A DNA stretch of 63,311 bases, filler included, from Lenisia limosa (taxonomy: Eukaryota > Protista > Breviatea), in assembly GCA_001655205.1 (NCBI GenBank). It is 8 parts of 8 records of this genome, joined end to end, with 100 filler letters (N's around TTAATTAATTAA, not from the genome) between each part and the next. Parts side by side here need not be neighbours in the genome. Positions count along the whole stretch, not along the records: positions 1 to 15,998 come from LPNZ01002313.1; positions 16,099 to 32,974 come from LPNZ01005944.1; 6 more parts are not named here. The stretch is one strand, 5' to 3'. The notes beneath the pieces were generated by a model. The model had not been told where the DNA came from, searched no databases, and saw only the letters and a program-made list of their open reading frames with translations. Shown one piece after another: positions 14,601 through 25,875 of the stretch. Position 1 is the stretch's first letter. Each line of letters begins with the position of its first letter. The position numbers and the translations under genes are program-made.

Positions 14601-14768
14601 AGGTTAGGATTAGAGAAGAAATCAGGGGAAACTTCGAATCCAATTACTATTCAGCTCAAATTTTAACACTGAATTTATAGGTAATGATTCACCCAATATT
14701 GTCACCCCAGAAGCCTTTGACGCAGAAGAGCTGTTGTCTCCGAAGTCACCATCAATGAACATTGCAAG
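5659..14768 (+). CDS. Giant single-pass cell-surface protein: Cys-rich, FN3, REJ/PKD-like module, CGNG..E.CD repeat, furin/EGF-like Cys region, C-terminal TM (multi-exon core)
   Basis: Long exons at about 5659-6395, 8172-8885, 8987-9677, 9885-10654, 10792-11245, 11337-14601 and 14681-14768 with GT/AG ends. FN3 signatures (LSWSKVPHASSYVIRVR...SGLLPDSEYFVSVTAVN; LAELKSGTDYSVRF), REJ-like IEVRLPPEKGELSV...APEW...LQYQF, QCGNGVLEDGEECD, hydrophobic AFSLLLIGCSVSSMLYYL followed by basic SSRRIK. Confidence 0.75.
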
Positions 14769-15048
14769 GTACCGTTATTAGAGTTTTTATTCCTTCTTTT
14801 TGTAATATGTATGATTAAATCAATGAAAGTATGGCTATTAAGAAGAAAGTATCACATGATGGAGACCTAAAAGTACATTACATCAGTTACATCAGAAAAC
14901 AAAATAAGAAAGGTTAATGGACTATACATACCATAATTGAAACTATTAAATAAAATCAGAAAATTCTTAACCGTTCGTCTATATCTACAAGTGTACACGA
15001 AGGGGGCTATATGAGTTAAATGGTGTGGAGAGAATTGATTGTGGGTTT

Positions 15049-15098
15049 GTTCCGTAAGCAAGCAGGGGGAGTTGTTCCGTAAGCAAGCAGGGGGAGTT
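15049..15098. repeat. Perfect 25-bp tandem duplication
   Basis: gttccgtaagcaagcagggggagtt x2. Confidence 0.95.
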
Positions 15099-15998
15099 AC
15101 GTTGTTATCTTCAAGAAACAAAGGTCACACATTCTTATGCCATCCATACCGTTGTTGACCAGTGGCTCAAATCACGCTCCGAAAAAAGGTCTGAAAACAA
15201 ATTGAAGAGCAGCTTATCTGAAAAAAAGTTAACAAAGGTCCCCCTTTAATGTATTATATAATACACAGGTCTTCACTTCGGCACTCAAATTTACTTGATT
15301 ATTATTATTTCAGTTAGTATTTAGACTGAAATAAAGCTCAAATTGCAAGCGCCTACTGGAAGCCGGTGGAGTCGCCTGGGGGAATGGAAGTATCATGGAG
15401 GTAACGGATCTGAACTGAAGCTCCTCCTCCGTCATTGCCGTTCTCGCTAAATCCGACAGAATCCCATCAGCCGGGGGTAACGAAGGGCCAGAAAATGTCA
15501 AGTGTAGTGGAAGAACTGTTGGGCTACTTTGTGGAGTTATATTGGAGTATGATGGTGGAAGCGAGCTGGAGTGAATAGAGGGTGAGTGGTTTGAATTTGA
15601 ACTACGATCTTGTGTTTGGGAAGGAGAGGAAGGAAGTGGAGCTGTCATCCAGTTTAGAGAAGGTCGATTGCTAAAAAAGATGAGACAAAGAAACAGTCAT
15701 TCTTGATGTTAACAGCAACTGAAAACAAAAAAAGAACGCGACTTGAAGCATACCTTATGAAAGGTGAGGAAGTCAATTTGCCCCAATGCTTCACCTGAAT
15801 ATGTCAAAAATGAGGGGAAATATCACATAGTATTTTTTAAAACAAAAACAGAGTAACAAGGCTGGGTACTTTAGTTGCTTAGGCATGCCCAGTAGAAAAG
15901 GTGGCCTACCTCCCCCCCCCCTCCCCTCCTCCTCATCCTCCTACATTATGTATATAGCAATGAGAAATAGGAATAGCCTGTATCTGGCCGAAGCCGTC

Positions 15999-16098
15999 NN
16001 NNNNNNNNNNNNNNNNNNNNNNNNNNNNNNNNNNNNNNNNNNTTAATTAATTAANNNNNNNNNNNNNNNNNNNNNNNNNNNNNNNNNNNNNNNNNNNN
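15999..16098. other. Artificial contig linker N44-TTAATTAATTAA-N44
   Basis: 12-mer palindrome with stops in all six frames centred in a 100-bp gap. Identical construct at 32975-33074, 36096-36195, 37597-37696, 55949-56048, 57347-57446 and 62159-62258. Confidence 0.95.
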
Positions 16099-16265
16099 AA
16101 CTAGGTTTACTTATTATTTTGGGACTCCAAACATTGTTATTACAACTCTCGAAAAAAAATCACATTTAGTTGAAAAAACACATATTTTTGAATGGTGTGA
16201 TATATATATTATACTATATAATGATATGTATGTATCTATTGTCAAGCGTCCTTTATATTTTGCAG

Positions 16266-18225
16266 TCGGCAGTGTCAGCTGAAGAAAAGGCCAAAATTGC
16301 TGAGAAGGTTGCTGAAGATAGTGCCATTGCTGAAGCGGTGGGAGAGAGGGGGGGGGGCTGATAAGAATGTTGGTATATTGGTAGTATTGCATTTCGTGAT
16401 GACTTCAACAAAATTCACTGATTTTGGATATGATATGGACTAACTGATGAGCAGAATACAACCAATGCCTTTGCAACAACGTTTGACAGAGAAACCAAGT
16501 CCACTGTCCGTAACCTCAGGTCTGGGGTGTATTTTTGAATTCAGGTTTTGGAGTCCCCTTCCCCTCTCAATTACATTTCAGACAAAGAGAGGATATTCCG
16601 AAATACCTCCGAAACCTCAATGTCGACTCTGCATATTATGACCCTAAGACGAGATCCATGCGTGAGAATCCGAATCCAGAAAAGAACCCGGAGGATCTCG
16701 ATTTCGCTGGTATGGAGATTGAAACCAATGAGATTTGGTTGTATTGTTTCGATTACTTTTCGAACAACAGAACTAAAGCAGGTAAATGTTCTCTGAAGCG
16801 CGTTCCTTGATTTTTATTCTTCATATTATTATTAATATTATTTAAAATTCTATTTTTCATGGTTTATTCAAAGAGGAGGAAAATCTATGTGTATTATTAT
16901 TTTAACTATTGTAGGAGACAACTTTGTTCGGTACACTGGAGACGTCGTCGGTTTTAATGATCAGCTTTTGTACGCTCTTAAGGTGAGCCCACTCTTCGTG
17001 ATAGCTTTTGTTCACTTGGTCCTGTGTCATCTTTTAGGGATATGAAATGGGTCAGAACATTCACATGGAGGCGGTGCCAACACAAGCACATGTGTTGCAG
17101 AAGAAATACGAGGACGGTCTCAACGAATTTAACAATGTGGCACAGAAAAGTTTGCAGGGCTACCACCACGTGCCTTGTCCCTTTGAATGTCATCATGCTT
17201 TACTCCAGAGTAGTCTAATACTGTCATATTGGAACTGCACATTCGGTTTACATTCGATTCTCTCTCTTTACCAAATTCATGCAGTTTAACCGCATTTTTA
17301 GACAATAAACGATAAATACTATATGATCTAATACGATATACAAGTGAGACAGTAACAATCTGTCGTACAGTCTGACCTCATAAGTTGCACTAATAATCAT
17401 AGTGCTCAGCGAGAAATATGGTAACGCAGCGGACAATGACAAGGTGGATAAGGATCTCCTTCTCGGACAAACAGAAACCTATGTGGTAAGAAGGAGCGGA
17501 AAGGCCCCGTTGGCTCTGTTGTTTTTCTTTTGGTTTTTGTTTTATTGTTTTAGGAATATAACGCAAACGGAGAGGTGATCAACAAAGATAATGACAAGAA
17601 GAAGGTCGTGCTCTCAAAATATGAGGAGGATGTTCACCCAGGTTCGACCCTGATATTTACAACATTTGACAGCATTCAACATTGATGGTCTAGGCAACCA
17701 CACCAGTATCTTTGGCAGCTATTACAAGGACGGCAAATGGGGGTTCGCTTGTTGCCATCAGTTCCAAAAGAATGCATGGTGTACTGGAAATGCTGGCAAG
17801 GTATGGACACTCTTGTTTTGGAGAAAATTGCATATATATAAAAAAGAGACTAGCATATTACGGAAAATGCATTTAGCCAGCACTAGAGTTCCCATGCCAT
17901 TTTTTCATCATTGACCAATGTATTCGGAGCTTAAGTTATTAAAATATCCTCATATAATATGCTAACTGAAGTGTCTTTTTTTAAAAAAAATAAAATATGT
18001 ATATAACCAATATATACTATGTGGAAACAGGTCTATCAATAGCAACACAATAATAGCAATTGTACCCAAGAATTTTTTTCCCAACCCCAGGAATTTTACC
18101 CAAACTTCTAATTACTGAATATTGCACTTCATGAAATGTTATATTCCCCTCAGGATGCAGCAGCAGCAGGGCCTTCGGCTCCCATCCCAATGAAAACCCC
18201 TGTGGAAGCCACCTCCAAAGCCTAG
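16266..18225 (+). CDS. SLU7: Pre-mRNA splicing factor Slu7, 5'-truncated by contig start
   Basis: Spliced exons give TVRNLR|[59 protein letters not shown]|[11 protein letters not shown]|[24 protein letters not shown]...CTGNAGK, all diagnostic Slu7 motifs. Last exon 18154-18225 is tentative. Confidence 0.93.
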
Positions 18226-18703
18226 ATCTCTCATGTTATTTATTTCATTTTGGAGTACCGAAAGTGGGGTCAAGGTCATGAAAAATATGGGGGAGGAGGA
18301 GGGGTTTGGGTATGGAGCGCTTTCCACCCCGTCTCGTCGAATTGAACCTGTGTAAAATGCATCCGGACTTTGTCCGACATTCAGTCAAAATAGGAAGTTT
18401 TTTGTGAAACCCGCTTGCCCCCTTGTCTTCTTGTTGTCTTCAGCTTGTCTTGAATCTTTTTTTTACTGAGAGTTAAGGATCGCCAGTGATCCCACTAATA
18501 TGAACATAGTCCACTCGCAAGTTGACAGCGCCGTAGTTTTATGTGAGTATTGAATGTGTCTATCTTCTGTCTTGCGGCCCCGCGGGCGCGTGCCTACCCC
18601 CAGATATTCTACTACCCCATGCTATTTATATATATATACCCCCGACACCATACAAACCAGAACCGCCACTGACCAAACCAGACCTAACGACCTCCGATTG
18701 ATA

Positions 18704-21700
18704 ATGGAAGGTTTGTAATTCAGTTAATTATTATTATTTATCATTCGTTTTAGTGCCAAATGCACCAGTCAATGACTCAGGTCCTTATTATGGGCTTTTG
18801 AAAGCAGCTTTCGAAGGTAATCTCATTCTAAACTATTGGGAAATTTTTATCTCATTACATAGGATCTATTGAGGAGGTAAAAAGTGCTTTAGCTTCAGCA
18901 GAAAACGACCATTCAATTGTTTCTACAGAGGCACCTTACCCTTACGGCCGTGCAGCCCTGCATTGGGTATGATAAATGATGGAAAATCTGTTTATATCAG
19001 AAATGAATATTTGAAGCCTCACCTTTCCACATTTTCACCCTGGGCCCTTTAGGCATGTATTGGAGGTTCAATTGATGTGCTCAACTTGATTCTTGGAAAC
19101 GAGTCTACTGTTCTCTTTGCAAATACGCCAGATAATGGAGGGTAGGTAATGGGGAATCGGAACTGGCGTTGACCCAAACAGTGACACTCCAATGATGCTG
19201 GCTCTTCAAAACGGACATAACAAGTTATTTAACACCCTTCTTGCTGCCGGTGCAGATACAACAGTTGAGAATGTCCAAGGCAAAGGTTTGGAGTGGGTTT
19301 ATGAATATTTAGTTTCTTTGTTAATATGTTAATCATTCTTTCACCAAATAGACGCACTGTGCATTATTGCAGAACAAGGGAATATGGATGCCTTGAAGGT
19401 GATTGCATATATTATGTGGTTGTTCGCTCTCTACTTGTGATAAGTCTATTTGTGTAATCCCAGAAATATTATATTTCCGCGGAATATGTCTCCCATACTT
19501 GTAATGCAAATCACGTCTTTAGGCGCTCACTGGGTCTTCTGCAGGTAATATCCCCCCCATCACCAAGCTTGATGAGAACGGTGTCGTGCTGGTGAGCTGA
19601 TGAAGCTGATTTCGATTGTTCTTTCTAAAGGCCTGGAGAGTTTTTTTTGTTCCATAAACACTTTTGTTGAATAATGGATTTATTTCTTTTTCCCACTTTT
19701 AGAATTACGTTAAATGATTCTTATTTCTAATTTTCCCTTTTAGAATGGATGTGGACAATCAGCGCTGCACATTGCTGCGGGGGCAGGACAAAGTGTTATT
19801 GTTTCCGAACTTATCAGGCTGGATAGTTCTTCAATCTCGGCAAAAGTAAGATGGGTCCAATTCGAGCTCCTTCTTATTCTTTAGGACTCCGTATCTGGGG
19901 CTACGGCATTACATTACGCAACAATTTCCGGCTCTGTTCCAACAATCCAGGCCCTTTTGGATGGTGGAAGCTCCCCAGAAACCATTGATTCGTCTGGAAC
20001 CTTGCCACTTCATTACGCAGTAGCATCAGGACATCAGAAGTCTATTGAGTGCTTGCTAAATGGTGGGTTGCTTTCATTGACTCCAATTTTCAACGATCCT
20101 TTAGTGGGATCAATTGAAGCAGCTGATGGAACTGGGCAAACAAGCTTACATCTTACAAGCCTGAGTAACAACTCTGAAATTGCTTCATGTTGGAAGGGCT
20201 GTGTGATGTTACCTTTCATATTTGAAATTTCATAATATGGGCTGGCTGTCCTCATAACAACTGAGAATTACTACCTAAGTGTATTGTACTGATACCACAG
20301 ATTTGATCGAAAAGTCGATTGATATTGATGTTGAAGACAAGGAGGGTCTTACTCCGCTCCAACGGGCCTGTGAAGAGGGTTCCAATGAAGTTGTCAAGGT
20401 TCGGGTCTTTCGTACAATTCATCAACGCCAGGTTCTTCTTGAAGCAGGAGCCAACGCGAAGCACGAGACTCCCGATGGGCGACGCCCGGGCCACCGAGCA
20501 GCTGCCTGTAAAAATGCCGATACACTTCTTCCAATTATGATGAAAACCGACCCTGAAATCGTTTCAGTTGTTGACAGCAAAAATGCATCAGCTCTACTTT
20601 ATGCTGCTGCTGCAAAAAATGTAAGTATATTTATATAGTATTTTAGATATGAGATACATTTTACACCATCTTCTTTTACGACTCTTTAGCCCACTAGTAA
20701 AATGCATCACCTACTTCATCGTAGAATGCCCTACCTAATAAAGCATAAAATACTACCAGATTATGGACTCATATTATGTTACATATTCATTCATCATTAC
20801 CCACAATAATTTTTTTTTGTTTTATTGTGATGAAATATTTATAGAAAGTGTGTTTCGTCGGAATAGGCGTAAACAATAATACTACAATATATTTTTATCA
20901 CATATGATATATATTTCCTCTGACAAGTTATCTGAGCAGGTAGTGGCAATGGTGCTTCTCTTGGAGGCTGGTGCGGATGCCAACATTGTGGACAGTGACG
21001 GAAGAACTCTTTTGGTAGGTTGCATAATAGTAGCTCTTTGTACATATGAAATTACATTTCAGCACTGGGCTGCATGGAGTGGTGATACCCACACGGTGCA
21101 AAAGGCGTTGGAGGTCATTGAAGACAAGAACGTCATTGATATTTACGGTAACTCCGCCCTCGACTGGTGGGAATCTGGAAACTTTTTACTTCTTTTTTCC
21201 CCTAATATTTTTCATGTTTCACTTTGTATACTTTTTATTCTAATCTAAATTATAATAAATAATAATACAGGTTAACTCAGTTTAGTTTTATGAATCGGCA
21301 GTGATCAAATTTGACACCTAGGGCGGTGAAGAGTGGCCATGAGAACTGTGCCTCTATATTACGCGAAGCTGGCGTGGAAGCCCATGAGCCTCCAAACGAA
21401 ATACCAAACGACGGCCCAGAAGGCAACTCGCAGCCGGTTGTAGCAGACCAAGAAGTAGAAGTCGTACAGAAGGTAACAGAGCAAGAACTGCAGGAGCGCA
21501 AGTTACTCCGACGCAAATTGAGACGTGAGGAGCGCGCAGTGGATCAAGCCAACCGTGCTTTTGTATTCGCGCAGACATCCGGCCGTTGGAGGGGTTGATT
21601 TTATTAACTCCTGTGCTATCTTTTTTCAGCAGTCGAGAATAACATCATATTGTCGCGTTTTTTCCACTACATGTCATTGCCTTAGTCTTATGCATTCAGC

Positions 21701-21809
21701 TGGGAAGCCATCAGCCTCGCTTTTTGAGCAAGTGGCCAGAAGGTTAGACGGATTGAAGGAGGCAGCGCTGAAATTGATAGAGAAAGCCAACCAAGAGGGT
21801 GGCAATGAG
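18704..21809 (+). CDS. Ankyrin-repeat protein with C-terminal coiled-coil-like region (multi-exon; may extend beyond the gap at 22081)
   Basis: Repeated ANK motifs: GRAALHW, DTPMMLALQNGHNKLFNTLLAAGAD, GQSALHIAAG, GATALHYA, GTLPLHYAVASGH, GLTPLQRACEEG...LLEAGA, LLLEAGADANIVDSDG; then ERKLLRRKLRREER. Confidence 0.85.
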
Positions 21810-22422
21810 GTACGTTGCAAGCAAAACCTTTGTCTTAACAATTTAGGATGATATTGAAAGCGTAACCTTTGACATTCGACAGTGAGGGGGAAGTTACAAG
21901 TTCTAGTTTTTCACTTCCCTTCCTTTACTTCAAATGCCTGAATATTTTTTTGATAGCAAGAAAATACATAAAATAAGATATCATATAATCTGGGATACAA
22001 AATAATACAGAGGTACCATAGAATAATTTTTCACCCAATATACCTGTATCATAGCGCTTCACCGACTACCCCCCCCCCCCNNNNNNNNNNNNNNNNNNNN
22101 NNNNNNNNNNNNNNNNNNNNNNNNNNNNNNNNNNNNNNNNNNNNNNNNNNNNNNNNNNTTTACAAGTTGTTGCTGTTCTTCTTGGGTCATCAGAATGGTA
22201 CGCTGTAGACCTTTGATATGGCTTTCTTACTTGCCAGGAAAGAATCAACCGTTTTGCGTTCATCTGTTCAAGCTACTCTCAATGTAATTAGAGGAGAATT
22301 TGAAGAAGAAGTCGGTGTAAATGTTGGATATTTTTGTTCTTGACAACATAGGACGACAAATTGGATATAAATGATTTAAAATTTCCCCCAAAACGGAAGC
22401 CTAAGTTTGTCTTGGTGTTGGT

Positions 22423-23090
22423 TTGTGGCCTTACAATAAAGGAAACGCAAAAAGAAGACACGGGCTCAGTCAGCCACTTTGGCTACTTCAAGGAATCGTA
22501 GACGAGCCAACTCCGAACCATCGCGAGCGCGTACGTCTTCAAGAACAACACCAACGTGAGCCCCATTCATCATGGCATTGGATTGTTGAATTGAATATCG
22601 GTTGTCTCGATATGTCAACTCTTATTTTCCCTTTAATATCTCACCCTCTAGAACACCAAGATTTGAACCGCCCCGTGTACCAGTTCAAAAGTACGGCGCT
22701 AAGTAGACGTCCAACTTACCTAAATAGACCCATTCACACGTACCGCAACCCTCGGATGCGACCTGATGGAACTGTCATCCCGGCAGCCGCATTGAACAGA
22801 ACGACTCACCGCGAGTATGCTGATATTTACAACTCAATTATAACAATAAAAATACGTATACAATTGTTGAAACGCACATTGTTATGCTTTTAGCCCCTTT
22901 GAGCTTCGTCATGGTCATGAAATTGCTCAAGTCATGAGACAACAGCAGTGGCAGGTACGAATATGACATACTGTGATAGTTTACTTCGACCATTTTTTTT
23001 TTGTTTTTACCTGCTTTGTAGCACAGTGGAAGCAAAGAACCAAGAAAGAACCTCTATGCAACGGCCCCCAGTATCGCTAGTGGGATCTAC
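22423..23090 (+). CDS. Hypothetical spliced coding segments
   Basis: In-frame splice-compatible exons ...RPDGTVIPAAALNRTTHR|DPFELRHGHEIAQVMRQQQWQ|HSGSKEPRKNLYA; could be the 3' end of the ankyrin gene. Confidence 0.35.
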
Positions 23091-23633
23091 TGGTAACAAT
23101 GTACTGTTAATCCCCTACCATTGGTCAAGATACTCATTTAGTATATTAGCATCTTTATTTAGAAAATGTGTTTCACAAGTGTAGAGCGCGAAAAGACAGT
23201 TAAAACGAATGTAATGAAGAAAACTTCATCAACATCATTCCTTGGTGAGTGTCGTCCCTCTGTTTCACTCTTTCAGACGAGTATAACTGATGACACTTTC
23301 CTATCAACGGACTGAAGTTCTATGTGTATGAATCCTTCTGACATCTTTTACATGTATATTTTTTGGAAAATATGATCAAATTTTTCAACCAGCAAACAAT
23401 AGGGAGGGGAAGCCAAGGAGAAAAGACACCGCATAACACTTAGATTTCCCAAGGCTAAAGTGGAGAGATATATATCAGTGCATATTGTTGAAGCAAAAGA
23501 GCGCGGCTACTTACCATGAGTTGCATTTCAAACTGAATTTGGTATGATAGCGAAGACATTTCTCTAAAAACAATTGGGAATATATACGATACTTGACCAA
23601 TACACAACAAGATAGAAGTTTCAAACTAATACA

Positions 23634-25204
23634 CTAATACACAATAACCGGATCTCCAGGAGTGTCACATTGGGGAATATTACTCTTCAAATCGAAAACC
23701 TATGAGAAATGAAAAAAAAAAGGGGAGGTGTTGTGTCATGGGGTAGGAGAGGAGATTTGGGGCTGATAAATTGTCTTTTCGGAGCTGCGGGCCTAATATT
23801 TACTCCACCTCCTCTGATATTACGCATAGTAGTCTAAAAATCAATAAGTCAAGGAAGAAAGAGGAAAAAGCAAAAAGAGGGCAATTTTTGGTGATAAAAG
23901 GCAGTGCCCTCTTTTGCCTGTTTTCTTGGTTCGCATTTTAGCAGTTTGAGACAAAATTCTAGAGAGTCGACTTCCTGTGTGAGACCGCGACACTTTCCTA
24001 GCCGTATTTACAGCTCCCGTTGCACTTTTGAATATCTTCTTATATCCGTTAAGCTCTGAAAAGACAGCTTGTCAGCCCCAGATCCTCTACTTCCCCATGG
24101 GTGTGTTAAAACTAGCATTATGTAATAGTATTTTGAGAATTGAAGGAGATATACAGAGAGTGCCAAGGGAAGACAAACCTTAGAAAGTACGATTTTAAAG
24201 ATTTTCTGGACATTGATTGATTTTGATGAAGAGCAGAAGATGACAGGGGCTTTCATGGCTTTTCCAAAGCGGAGGGCTTGCCTTGTGATTTCAACCTCGT
24301 GTGTAAGATTGAGACTTTTATCTTTGTATTACACGCAACACAATATCAATCCTAATCTTCTATTTGCCCCTCACCTTTTCCTCTTCAGGTAGTTCGGAAA
24401 AGAGGTCGAATTTCGTTCCCACCAGGAAGGGCACGGCAGTCTGGAGTTGTGAGCTTCCTGAAACAATATGGTATTTATATTGCCATCCTACCTTTTGTTT
24501 AAGTGGAATAGTCCATATTTGATTTGATAATATGTAACTATTAATAATACTAACAATTATAACCTCGACGAAAGCCGCCAGTATTATGCAATTGGCTAAC
24601 TTTGTTCAGACCACGGGCTTGTCTGTACCACTCCTTCACAGAGTTGAGAGTGTTCTTTCGAGACAAATCAAACATGAAGAGCATGGCAAGCGCATCACTG
24701 CATACCATGGGAAGCATATTGGCAAATTCCCTTTGTCCTGACATTGTTAACACCAATAACGAGAGCATTTCAAGTAAAAAAAAACTCAATAAAAAGACAA
24801 AAAAGCAATTTGAAGCGAAAAATGTTAAGATTGGGGGGGATTTAGTTTTGTTTCCAACCACACCCCCCCCCCCAAAAAAAACCCACCTCCAAGATCCCAA
24901 ATGGTGAAGGTAACAACATTGTTACGAATGGCAATGGTTTTCTCCATAAAGTCCACTCCTAAATTTGGTGATCAAAAGAGGCCCATTTCAATGACAAACC
25001 TAAGGTCTGAATGTAGTCTTCATCAAAAGAGTTACTGACATATTTCACCATTAACGAGGTTTTTCCGATCTGACTATCGCCAACCATTCCAACCTAATTG
25101 TTAGCAAATGAAGAAGGATTCAGGGAGCTCATAAAGAGACAAACCTTCACAACAACATTGTTCTTTGACGCATCTTGTTGCATTCCAAGTTGTGTAGACG
25201 CCAT
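23634..25204 (-). CDS. spg1: Spg1/Tem1 septation/mitotic-exit Ras-family GTPase
   Basis: Seven exons reconstruct MASTQ...VVVK|[19 protein letters not shown]...DEDYIQTL|GVDFMEKTI...FTIWDLG|[46 protein letters not shown]|[12 protein letters not shown]...|...[20 protein letters not shown]|[21 protein letters not shown]. Confidence 0.95.
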
Positions 25205-25875
25205 TTTGAATTGGTACAGGGATCACACCTAGTAGAATTTGTGAGAGCTGGAATCAAGCTGGAATTTGAGATTTTTGAGAGATTCAAAAGATCAGGCTCA
25301 GATCAGACCGATCAGACCTCTCGCTCTTCCAGCTTTTTCCACTTTTTTCACTTTTCGCGTTTTCCTCCTCTCTTCATACATACACATACATCCAACATCA
25401 TATTTTAGAGGTGGGGAGAGTGGCGGTGGAGCGGCGGCGCAGGAGATCTGGGAATCTCCGGGTCCGCTTCCCTCCCTCAACTCCCTCTCTTCCCTTCAAC
25501 ATTGAACCTAAGAGCTTTACAAGTACAGAAGTACAGGAGTAGTCTCTAATTTTCTAATTTCATGTTTTCAGTGTTTTCTTCTCTGGCGAGTTCGCGATGC
25601 CATTTTTGGGACCTGTCCAAGTTTTCTAAGTATCCGAGGAGGTACAAACTTGTCCAAACCTATTAGTTTTAATGCATCCCTTTCTCTTTTCTTTTCAAAT
25701 GATTGTATCTTTCAATCAATGGAGAATCAAATTCAGAGAGCAAAGGAAAGAGATAGAGATCAGGAAATTGTTTGAGGTCGATGCACATCTCGCTTTAATA
25801 GGATAGACAAATAGACAATAGAGTCAAATAAAAGATAGCGTTAACTGTTCACTGGTGGTACATTTATTTAGTTAA

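Noticed and set aside
16043-16054. TTAATTAATTAA palindrome as a biological site (seven copies)
   Set aside because: Always exactly centred in 100-bp N gaps; an assembly linker
16396-16447. Possible C/D-box snoRNA in a SLU7 intron (GTGATGA...CTGA...CTGA)
   Set aside because: Too short, weak terminal stem, no recognisable guide, and the last CTGA overlaps the canonical GACTAAC branch site just before the acceptor
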